DNA of 63,918 nt, the filler included, from Octopus bimaculoides (Eukaryota): assembly GCF_001194135.2 (NCBI RefSeq). It is 4 parts of 4 records of this genome, joined end to end, with 100 filler letters (N's around TTAATTAATTAA, not from the genome) between each part and the next. Parts side by side here need not be neighbours in the genome. Positions count along the whole stretch, not along the records: positions 1 to 31,584 come from NC_068984.1; 3 more parts are not named here. One strand, written 5' to 3'. Position numbers and translations under genes: made by a program. The notes beneath the pieces were generated by a model, which saw only the letters and a list, made by a program, of their open reading frames with translations, had not been told where the DNA came from and searched no databases. Below are positions 14,048 through 24,660 of this stretch, one piece after another; position 1 is the stretch's first letter, and every line of letters begins with the position of its first letter.

Positions 14048-14747
14048 TTTTGTTGCGTGAATAACTAACTGTGTGTACACAAAGACACACGTAGACAGAA
14101 ACAGGGAATGCACATACGCACACACACAGTGATATTTATTATAAAATTTATAATAGTACAATATTACTTGTTATCAGTGATAACGCATAGTGATAACATT
14201 GTCTGACAAAACTTTTAATATTCTATCTTTTTAAATATCAGTTAGTTTAATTTGAATAAGAAAGTAAAAAGAGAGAACGGGTAAGGATATAAGGAGGGAG
14301 TGAGAGATTGTGGAACGGAGAAATGAAAATCAGTAAAAATAAACAACGCTACAATGGGTCTTAATGTCAATGATTTCTCAGTAGACTGACCACGTTTTTA
14401 AGAGGAAATATATAATCAATATAAAGAATGATATTATATGAAACCAGTTTATATACACACATTTAGAATATTCATTGTAATAACGTATACACAACCGTAA
14501 GAACAAACTTTATTTTAATTATTGTTCGAAGTTGGTTTGTTACGGAGGCCATATACTTTCATCTTTAGGATCACTAAATAAACACATTCGGCTCTGTAGA
14601 CTAGTTTCAATAATAATGGAGTCACATATTTCAGGAGGTTATAAAATTTCGTGTGTGTATAGATACACATACATGCATGCATATCTATATATGTGCATGT
14701 GTGTGTGTAAGTGTATGTATGAGCGTGTATGAATATATATGTATATA

Positions 14748-14778
<31 letters not shown>

Positions 14779-14955
14779 NNNNNNNNNNNNNNNNNNNNNN
14801 NNNNNNNNNNNNNNNNNNNNNNNNNNNNNNNNNNNNNNNNNNNNNNNNNNNNNNNNNNNNNNNNNNNNNNNNNNNNNNNNNNNNNNNNNNNNNNNNNNNN
14901 NNNNNNNNNNNNNNNNNNNNNNNNNNNNNNNNNNNNNNNNNNNNNNNNNNNNNNN

Positions 14956-15000
<45 letters not shown>

Positions 15001-15020
15001 GTGCGTGTCTGTATATATAA

Positions 15021-15215
15021 TCTTTTGTCTTTTACGTATTCAAGTCATCAGACTGTTGATATGTTAGAGTACCACCCTGATAGTCGAATGAATTGACCGC
15101 AGTACATTTTAAAGCTTTGTCGAGCCACTCATTTACGGGGACGTACACACTCCAACACCGGTTGCCAAGCGGTAGTAGGGCGGAATCACAGATACCAAGC
15201 CAAGAACACACACAC
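15021..15215 (-). mobile_element. Family C SINE, 3' half
   Basis: tttacggggacgtacacactccaacaccggttgccaagcgg is the reverse complement of the 3' half of the 57896 copy. Confidence 0.7.
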
Positions 15216-16199
15216 AACAGAAGTAAGAGATAATATGCTTCGAGATGTTTAGCATTCAATCAAGCAATATTTTAGTGCTGATGAGAAATTATTTGTAACA
15301 TTAAACATTTATAATCATGCAAGGGTTGCATAAGTGCGCGCGTCTGATATCGAGTGTGCATTTGTTTTCTTTTTGTTTGTATGTCACTTTAATGCAGCGT
15401 ACCTAAATTAAAAACATTTCGAGCTTCAAAACAGTAAAAGGAAAGTGAAACACTGTAGGTGGGAGAATTATATCAGTATTTGATTTATACACAGTAGGTT
15501 ATATGTGTTAGAACTAAATGCTGTATGCATTATTCCCTTTATGTGCAAGCTGAATAGCAAGTGATTCGGCCATATCTATTGAGCATTTATTCAAATTTAC
15601 TCAATTAAATAATTTCCGTATGAATCCTGATACATTCGCTCAGTAAATATGAGCTAACCGATTGATTGAACTGCTTTCAGTGACGCGTTAAATCATGGTG
15701 GTCACAAAAGACATCAGTAATTTCAATCAATTCACAATATATCTTCTTCCGTGATAATACATAAGATTATATAACAGTGAAAATCATATTCGAACCAATT
15801 GGAATATCTTCACTCATAGATTTGGCTAATCGGTAATAATTTTCGGCTAAAAAGGGATTTTTTGCGCTGTTTTCATTCGATTACTGTTTATTTTAATCGA
15901 GCTCCTTTTTCCAATGTAGGATATCTCTTACATATCAAGACGTTTGGTGAGATTGTAGCATGTAAAATTGTTACGACATAATTGCTTACATACGTACGAC
16001 TCACGTCTAAATTTCAATTAATTTTTTTTTTTATTAAAATTAATAGTTTTTAAAATTTGTTAATTTTACTTAGAAATAATCATTTTATTCATCATGCGAT
16101 AGAGCATATTACATATAAATAAAATGTAAAGTATTCTCTAAATTTGTGTTTCTACAGAATATCAATCGAGCACATTATCACTTTACAAAATCTAACCAG

Positions 16200-16576
16200 A
16201 GCGCATGTGCTAAGGAGTTTGCTTCCCAACCATATGGCACGCAGCTTAGTCCTACTGCGTGGCACCTAGGGCAAGTGTCTGCTAATTTAGCCTCGGGCAG
16301 ACCAAAGCCTTATAAGTGGATTTTAAAACTGAAGGAAGCCCGCCGTACATATATATATATATGTATATATTTGTGTGTTTGTGCCTGTATTTGTTCTCCC
16401 ACCATTACTTGACTACTGAAGTGTAGGTGTGTTTACGTCCTCGTAACTTAGCGATTCGTCAAAAGAGCGGATACAATGAGTATCAGGCTCACAAAGAATA
16501 TGTCCAAGGGTCAATTTCTTCGAGTAAAGGTGGTACTCAAGCATGGCCACAGTCAAAATTACTGAATCAATTAAAA
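16200..16576 (+). mobile_element. Family C SINE with internal microsatellite
   Basis: ctgcgtggcacctagggcaagtgtct...gaagcccgccgta, then (TA)/(TG)n, then tttacgtcctcgtaacttagcg...gcatggccacagtcaaa. Confidence 0.8.
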
Positions 16577-17906
16577 TATAGTAATTGTCAATGCTATCTT
16601 TTGAATAGACAATACGTCAAACGCACAGAACGCAAAAAATGAAAAAGCACAAACTTAATTTCAAATTCAAAGCACAGAATTATGAAAAGTAGTCAATGCA
16701 TGTGCGACTCTGCACTTTTCAATTATTTTTTTAGGTCCCAACTATGTTTTTGGTGACGCTCTATCGTTTCATATTTTCTGCCATTGATTCAAGTCAATCG
16801 GTCTTATGTTAATGACATTAGCTTGACACTAATTATGATCAACCCATTCGCATTAATCAGTTTATAATGAGTAGCTCATTTAATACAGCCCTGTTTCTTT
16901 TGCTCATAGGAAGCCGATACAGCGTTGGCAACACTGTAACAAGAGTTGAAAGGAAAGACCGGAGATTTAAGCTAACTACCTCCTTGATAGTTATTCAAGA
17001 ATATATGAATAGGTTTATAGGCACTACCCATCATCCCACTATTAAAGCATCAAAATCAATTCCCTAAGGTATTTAACCTATATCAATTGGTGCAATTGAT
17101 ATTCTACATAGTTCTATGATTTTCATCATATTCCTTTAATGGTTCTCGTCTCATATATGATGAAAAGAGCATACAGGCAATAATTATTCGCAGTGTGTGT
17201 GATATTGTATTATATTAGCTGACTAGATATGAAATAATATATATATAAACTAGCTCTCTCTCACACCTAGCATAAAATGCACTCATAACATTTCCCTTTT
17301 TCTATTTCACTCTTGTTCTATGTACACAGAAAGAACAACCCCATACCAGATTTCATTTCACATTATCTAAATATATGAATCTTTTAACTACATTGTTGGA
17401 TTATCTGAGGAACATAGATTAAAATCGCCTCCACAATTTAAAATTTATTGAATTAAACAATCACTAAATGCCTTGCTAATATATACTTTCTATGATAGGA
17501 AATATTAGAAACCCAAGAATGAAAATCATCATAAAAACTGATTTCTTTTATCGCGGTTAATGTTGATATATGATATGCAAGAAATCAAATAACTATAGGT
17601 TGCTTTAATTTCCTTGAAAACTCACTCTCTGAATCTGTTAAAGCTATTTGCTTTAGTCCGTGAGTCCCCAGAAGAAGGGAGAGTTCATTAATTTCAATAT
17701 TTTTCCTATTAACACAGTAGCATTATTTTCAAAATATTTGTTTGCAATATTTTTCATAACCAAAGAACATGGTGCTAATTGTGTTTGTATAGAAAATAAG
17801 GTACTTAATAAGTGAAGTGAAAAGCATGCGCAAGACAAATATTAGCCCTCCCCGGATCTTCGAAGAGAGTAGAATCTCTATGATCAACATGAGTCCTACT
17901 ACATAC

Positions 17907-17994
17907 GAAAGTTAATATCCTCAGCATATGAACAGATCAAATACATCGCTACCACAGTTAAGCACATCCACAGCAGCAGGAGCAACGATGACAT
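17907..17994 (-). CDS. Candidate first coding exon with signal peptide (MSSLLLLLWMCLTVVAMYLICSYAEDINF)
   Basis: ATG with an in-frame upstream stop, hydrophobic core, S-Y-A cleavage-like site, then c|gtatgt donor (phase 1). No downstream exon could be linked securely. Confidence 0.35.
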
Positions 17995-19339
17995 CCCGAA
18001 AATTAACTCCCGAAAAAAAGTTTAATTTAGCTATTCATATATAGATGGAAGTAGATCATTATTAGTGATATGGATGCGAAAACGATCCAGACTGGACATC
18101 ACCTAAAAATGGTTGGGGAATCAACCTAGTACATTTGAAGAGCCAAAACGTTTGCGTAATTAAAAGTAGAAAAAGTTAAGTAGCTCTGTAGCCCACGTGA
18201 GACATTAATGACAGCTTGATTCTCATTAGATATCCCAGTGATATTTTCAAAGATTGCACAACAAATTACGGTATTCTGTTGTAGCTGCTTCATTTGTAGC
18301 TCGTCATCAATTTACCTAGTCCAATGTAAACTATACGCAAGTAGAAATATGTCCATCCATGTTTCTTTGACTGTATCTTCATGTGCACATAGCCATTTTA
18401 AGCAACTCTATCTCCCTCACCTTCCCTCTGGCACTCACTCGCACGCGCACACCTTGACTAAGGTAATGCTGTATAGAAATTGAAACTGACTATTGGAACC
18501 CACATGGATAAAATCCTCAATTCTTCTGGCAAAACTATACTAATGACAAAAGAAGACGGCTCTCAAAATATGCAATAATAATTATGATAATAATAATTAT
18601 TAGTATAATTACTTTACTGAAATTGCAGACTGCGTACTTGTAAGCGATTTATACATTTGTTTCCGAGATTTCAGCACAAATCTGGTACATATTTTATATT
18701 CGTTTACATGGGTGCCAAATACCAAACATATTAATAAAAGTATATTCACGCAAAAATAAAGGAAAATAGAACTAAAATCGTATTTGTAACAAGTGGAATA
18801 CGAACAAACAAACAAACAAAGCAAAGCAAAAAGAAATAAATAACACAAGTTTAATTTTCTTTTGTTAAAACAAATAAGTTACAGTCTTGTATTCACTGCC
18901 AAAAATATGTTTAAAACATAGCAAAAGATAAAAACCGTTTTCAGAGCACATTTTCTAAATGTAGAATTTGCTGAAGCGATTACTTGAATTTAATTTGAAA
19001 AGTTTTGATAGATTATATGCAATCTAAAGGGAGATATTAACAATAAATTTCAATGCATCAGTGAATCTCTCTCAGACGGACTAGATAATAAAAATAAAAC
19101 AGAAATCTTTTAAACAAATATGTAAAGTGTTTGAAACACGCAACTAACACACTCAACAAATATAGAAATGAAACTCTGACATTACTTTGACACTTATAAC
19201 TCTGTGCCACTGGAAAACATTTGCGTAATTTAATTAAGCAAGTTATATTACTATTGACTCATATTGTCCTTTAATTGATTCTATAAAAAGAAAAGGATAG
19301 AAAATAGAAGAGAAAAGAAATCAATAATCAATGGCTATA

Positions 19340-19350
19340 ATAATAATAAT

Positions 19351-19388
<38 letters not shown>

Positions 19389-19447
19389 TGATGACGATGA
19401 TGATGATGATGATAATGATGATGATGATGATACTTATAATAATGATG

Positions 19448-19508
<61 letters not shown>
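19340..19508. repeat. Compound (AAT)n/(GAT)n microsatellite
   Basis: Direct. Confidence 0.95.
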
Positions 19509-19509
<1 letters not shown>

Positions 19510-19594
19510 TTTAAGAAAAGTTATAGCAATATAAATTATAGTGCGATTATACTAGTGTTGTTGCTGATGTTGCTGATGTTGTTGTTGTTTAGGT

Positions 19595-19789
19595 TGCGAG
19601 CCGGCAGAATTGTTAGCACGCCGGAAAAATACGTAGTGGCAGTTTTTACGTCTCTGATTTCTTTGTTCAAACTCCGTCGAGAACATCTTTGTCCTTCCTC
19701 TTTGATGAAATAAGTACTAGTTAAACACCGAGGTTGGTGTTAATCGACTCACTCCCACCTTTGCTGGCCTTGCCCCAAAATTTAAAAGG

Positions 19790-19851
<62 letters not shown>
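19595..19851 (+). mobile_element. Family B SINE ending in an (ATT)n tail
   Basis: gcgagccggcagaattgttagcacgccgg head; ATT run 19790-19851. Confidence 0.7.
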
Positions 19852-19852
<1 letters not shown>

Positions 19853-20782
19853 TTGGTTTCATTCAAGTCCGCTCTCATTCCTGGTAGGATTTATGTGGAA
19901 AGCGGGTTACTTCTTGTATCCTTAGGTATCCGCAAGTTTTCAGTCGTTTTTCAAGTGTTTAGAACCCTACTAATAATTATTGCTGTCCCCGAGAGACAAA
20001 CTTTCTTTAGCAGATCTACAGGACATTGTATTTCCGTCTCCTTCAGCCATTTGTTTATACCTTGTTCCCGACGCACCAATTATTATATACACAACCTTTA
20101 CAATATTCATATTCCAAATTTTGTCTATTTCAAATTATTAGGAATTGTATACGTTATTTTTTCTTCTCTTTCTTTACGATCCTGGAATCAGATGGGCATG
20201 ATAGGTCGATTTGTAAGCAACTTTAGTTTTCCCTCTCTATAACTAATATTCAAATAGCCTCTTCTCCGTTTGACTAGGAAAGTCCACAAAATCTTACATT
20301 TCTGTGATTCCAGTACTCGTTTTATTCGATGACTATAACATGTTTTTCCATCATCAGGTCCTTATTTCCGACAAATTTTCCAGTGTAAAGCTTTTACAAT
20401 CTGGTCGTACAACCATTTCTTATATTTTTCCTGTGCCAGCTAGGAGTATTCTGATACAATATGTTCCATTGTCACGTTCCAACTTCCAAAGCTCTACATT
20501 TCTCTGACACATCCCCTCCATATAATTTTTTCTCAATTTGTTTTTTTTATCGCTTGATTTTGAGCTGCTAGAATTAAGTTGCCTCTTTCTGTTTTTAACC
20601 AAACACCGGAATTAGTTCAACATAAATAATATGTATTCAATCTGTCTAAGGTGGTCTGTTTGTATTTCATTCTTGTTTTTTTTTTATATCCTATTACGCT
20701 TTTGTTCACCTGTCTTTTTTTTTATTAATTCAGTGTCTTTAGTGGTGTTTTCTGTTCTCTTCTGTAAGTACTCTAGTAGGGG
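19852..20782 (-). mobile_element. R4/Dong-like non-LTR retrotransposon, decayed 3' portion
   Basis: Minus-strand relics WLKTERGNLILAAQNQAI, TMEHIVSEYS*LAQEKYKKWLYDQIVKALHWKICRK, FEIDKIWNMNIVKVVYIIIGASGT, KKVCLSGTAIIISRVLN; ends on the (AAT)n tract. Confidence 0.8.
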
Positions 20783-20791
20783 TTTTTTTTT

Positions 20792-21150
20792 AAAGTACAA
20801 ACTACTAAAAATTGAAATTGCAAGAATGTGGTCTATGAGGAAAGTGTCTGTCATTCCAGTTGTTGTAGGGGCACTCGGAGTACTAACAACCTATTTCGAG
20901 AAATATGTGAAGGAAATCGGAATTAACATGATAGCAGAACAAGCCCAAAAGACTGTTCTGCTGCGGACAGCTAGGATTTTGAGATTGGTACTTGAATGTT
21001 GAATGCCTTCCAGGATAATTAACAACCAAGTATCAAAGCTTACAATGCGTAAAAATAGACTGTCTGGGGCATCTGACAGCAGGCTGCGCCCCGCTGTCAC
21101 ATGTTATACCAGAACAAACAAGATGAAACAGCAGCAGCAACAACAACAAC
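20792..21150 (+). mobile_element. R4/Dong-like 3' end (REL C-terminus, 3' UTR, CAG/CAA/AAT tail)
   Basis: KYKLLKIEIARMWSMRKVSVIPVVVGALG...QKTVLLRTARILRLVLEC*. Confidence 0.85.
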
Positions 21151-21197
21151 AACAAAATAATAATAATAGTCATAATAATAATAATATGGTGCCCTAA

Positions 21198-21458
21198 TTA
21201 TGATAAGAAAGTGGGTGTTAGAATATCTAGATAAGTTCCCAGAAGGACCATGTCTCAGAGAAATTCAAGAGATTGTACTGACAAGTACTGCTCACATCCT
21301 TACAAAAAATCCAAGGTTTTTCGCTACTTCCCCAAGTTTACAGTCATGCTGTAACATCTCTTATCCTTCATTCGCCCCAGGAAACTAGGTGTGTCTCGAT
21401 AAGTGACTGTAACAAACATGCAAATTTAAAAAAAATAAATAAATAAATAATAATAATA
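21198..21458 (+). mobile_element. R4/Dong-like 3' end, different subfamily
   Basis: MIRKWVLEYLDKFPEGPCLREIQEIVLTSTAHILTK; flanked by AAT repeats on both sides. Confidence 0.7.
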
Positions 21459-21840
21459 ATAGAGTCAAAATTAAAAGACGAGTGCCATTTGTTATCTTGT
21501 GAACAATATTTCGACATCTTGCGTGTCTTCCACTGATTCAAAAAATAAATTTGTCAATCTACTTCATTTGGTTAATATAGAAAGGATTGAGGTAACTCCT
21601 CCTGAAGATATAGAGTCAAAATTAAAAGAAGAGTGCCATTTGCTATCTTGTGAACAATATTTCGACATATTGCGTGTCTTCCACTGGTTCAAAAATTAAA
21701 TTTGTCAATCTACTTCATTTGGTTAATATAGAATGGATTGATGTAACTCCTCCTGAAGATATAGAGTCAAAATTAAAAGAAGAGTGCCATTTGCTATCTT
21801 CTGAACAATATTTCGACATCTTGCGTGTCTTCCACTGGTT
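21459..21840. repeat. 151-bp tandem repeat, about 2.5 units
   Basis: atagagtcaaaattaaaaga starts at 21459, 21610 and 21761; units differ by a few substitutions. Confidence 0.95.
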
Positions 21841-21853
21841 CCGCTGGTTCCGC

Positions 21854-22300
21854 TTTTTTTTTATTAATTCAGTGTCTTTAGTAGTGTTTTCTGTTCTCTT
21901 CTGTAAGTACTCTAGTAGGGTTTTTTTTAAAGTACAAACTACTAAAAGTTGAAATTGCAAGAATGTGGTCTATGAGGAAAGTGTCTGTTATTCCAGTTGG
22001 TGTAGGGGCACTCGGAGTAGTAACAACCTATGTGAAGGAAATATGTGAAGGAAATCGGAATTAACATGATAGCAGAACAAGCCCAAAAGACTGTTCTGCT
22101 GCGGACAGCTAGGCTTTTGAGATTGGTACTTGAATGTTGAATGCCTTACAGGATAATTAACAACCAAGTATCAAAGCTTACAATGCGTACAAATAGACTG
22201 CCTGGGGCATCTGACAGCAGGCTGCTCCCCGCTGTCACAGGTTATACCAGAACAAACAAGATCGAACAAAAGCAGCAACGACAACAACAACAACAACAAC
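21854..22300 (+). repeat. ~440-bp near-identical duplicate of 20715-21150 (head-to-head R4 junction and 3' end)
   Basis: Direct match from ttttattaattcagtgtctttag to the CAA tail, with scattered substitutions. Confidence 0.95.
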
Positions 22301-22339
22301 AATTCACAGAAAACTTTAAAACTGTAAGCATCTATAAAT

Positions 22340-22545
22340 AGTATGGCCGTTCCATGAGAAATGTTTGTATATTATGACTGTCTGTCTTTATGTTCTGAGT
22401 TCAAATTCTGCCAACGTCTAATTTTGCCTTTCGTTCTTTGGGGATCGATGGCAAGAAATTTAGTACCAGTTCTGTATTGGGGACGAACTAATTACCTGGC
22501 CCCCTCCGCATAAAGCTTTTCAGGCCTAGAAAAGTATATTGTGAC
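22340..22545 (+). mobile_element. Degenerate family B SINE
   Basis: ttctgagttcaaattctgcc...ttttgcctttcgttctttggggatcgat...tagtaccagt. Confidence 0.7.
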
Positions 22546-23029
22546 ACTTACAGAATATAGAAAGTAATGAAACATCAATGACGATATAATCCAACCAAAA
22601 TATCTGTTACACAAACGTAAACAGAATTACTATTTAACCTTAAAATACATCGTACATATTCAAAGAAACTTCTTGGGTTAGTGGTACAGAACGTTTTTCT
22701 GATATTCTACGTTAATGTTATGCATGCCTGTGGAGTACTCAGCCATTTGTGTGGTAATTTTATCCTCTTGTGCTAATGAAAAGTGAAATTGACCTCCAAT
22801 ATTTTCTGTGTGTATATATCTATGTATGAACTTTTCATTGGATTTATGCATCTACTATCTCTCTCACTTTCTCTTTCTCTCTCTCTCTCTCTCTCTCTGT
22901 CCCTCTCTCTCTCTTACTTCCTTTCTGTCCTACTTTCTCTCGTTTTCCACTTCTTTGAAGTAAGTGTGCCGCACACAACAGGTACGTACAAAAACAAAAA
23001 GTTAGCGTTTTAATATTATTGATAACAAC

Positions 23030-23050
23030 AATAATAATAATAATAATAAT

Positions 23051-23095
<45 letters not shown>

Positions 23096-23592
23096 TTGTT
23101 GTTTTTTTTTTCTTCTGTCTTCAAATTTTCTTCCACTTCTCGTCGAGTGTTTCCGTACACCTAGGGCAGAGAAGCTCATTGTATGCATTCCCAGTTTACA
23201 CACGCACATTCACAGGTTAAATATGTATTTTAAAAAAATAATAAATAAATAAATTCATGAATAGATTTTGTTTTCATAGTGATAATGCTCTTATCAGTGC
23301 ATGAGTCGTTCCAGTTAACACGATTTTTTGCACTTCCTGTAGGGATGGTAATCATGGTATCATTTTCAAATAGGTTTCAGTACCTCTTTTTTTATCATTC
23401 CTAGAGATCCTACAATTAATGGTACGGTAGTCGCCTTGGGATGCAACATTTTTTTTCAGTTTGTATTAGGAAGTCTTTACTGATCTTGTCAAATTCTTTC
23501 GCAGCTGTATTGTGATCGCAAGGAATACAGATGTCAATTAATAAACACATCTTTTTTGTCTGATTTTTTAATAATAATATCCGGTTTATTAG
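23030..23592 (-). mobile_element. R4/Dong-like 3' fragment with REL catalytic motif and (AAT)n tail
   Basis: ANKPDIIIKNQTKKMCLLIDICIPCDHNTAAKEFDK (PD..D..E/K-type REL motif) and SLQEVQKIVLTGTTHALIRAL; tail at 23030-23095. Confidence 0.85.
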
Positions 23593-24372
23593 CTTATTAT
23601 TATTATTATTATTATTCAGTAGTTTTATTTTTATAACGTGCTTTCACTTCACTACCGAGCGCAGCTCTGTGCGCCTTGGGTATGTGCTGTGGTTTGCTGT
23701 GGTGCTCTTATGTTTACTGTATTGAAAGTGTTTTGCGTAGAATGTGTGCAGTACCCAGTAGTGCAATTTTCTGTATGTTATATATATTTGTAAGTCCTGG
23801 TGTTTTTGTTATGTATTTGTCTGAATATTTTTTTATTATACCTAAGGCACCTACTATGATAGGAATTGTTTCTGTTTTTAGATTCCACATTCGAGTTATC
23901 TCTATTTCCAGGTCTTTGTATTTTGAAAGTTTTTCCATTTCTTTTAGAGAAACGTTGTCATCTGCTGNNNNNNNNNNNNNNNNNNNNNNNNNNNNNNNNN
24001 NNNNNNNNNNNNNNNNNNNNNNNNNNNNNNNNNNNNNNNNNNNNNNNNNNNNNNNNNNNNNNNNNNNNNNNNNNNNNNNNNNNNNNNNNNNNNNNNNNNN
24101 NNNNNNNNNNNNNNNNNNNNNNNNNNNNNNNNNNNNNNNNNNNNNNNNNNNNNNNNNNNNNNNNNNNNNNNNNNNNNNNNNNNNNNNNNNNNNNNNNNNN
24201 NNNNNNNNNNNNNNNNNNNNNNNNNNNNNNNNNNNNNNNNNNNNNNNNNNNNNNNNNNNNNNNNNNNNNNNNNNNNNNNNNNNNNNNNNNNNNNNNNNNN
24301 NNACTTGTTATATTTCTTTTCATTATGTGTTTTTGGTAATTTCTGGTGGGGAGGCTTTGGTCTTGTGCAGCA
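23593..24372 (-). mobile_element. R4/Dong-like 5'-truncated copy inside a (TAA)n tract (spans an N gap)
   Basis: IAAQDQSLPTRNYQKHIMKRN before the gap; MEKLSKYKDLEIEITRMWNLKTETIPIIVGALG...LLGTAHILRKTLSIQ* after it; (AAT)n on both flanks. Confidence 0.9.
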
Positions 24373-24660
24373 ATTTATTATTATTATTATTATTATTATT
24401 AGAAGAAGAAGAAGAAGAAGAAGGAGAAGAAGAAGAAGAAGAAGAAGAAGAAGAAGAAGAAGAAGAAGGAGAAGAAGAAGAAGAAGAAGAAGAAGAAGAA
24501 GAACAATAACAACAACAACAACAACAACGAGGAGGAGGAGGAGGAGAAGAAGAAGAAATAGTAGAAGAAGAAGAAGAAGAAGAAGAAGAAGAAGAAGAAG
24601 AAGAAGAAGAAGAAGAAGAAGAAGAAGAATGATGAAAATAATAATGGTAATAATAATTAC
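24373..24660. repeat. Compound trinucleotide microsatellite (ATT/GAA/ACA/GGA)
   Basis: Direct; explains the poly-E and poly-R ORFs. Confidence 0.95.

Noticed and set aside
21459-21840. CRISPR-like array
   Set aside because: Contiguous tandem units with no unique spacers, no cas genes, eukaryotic context.
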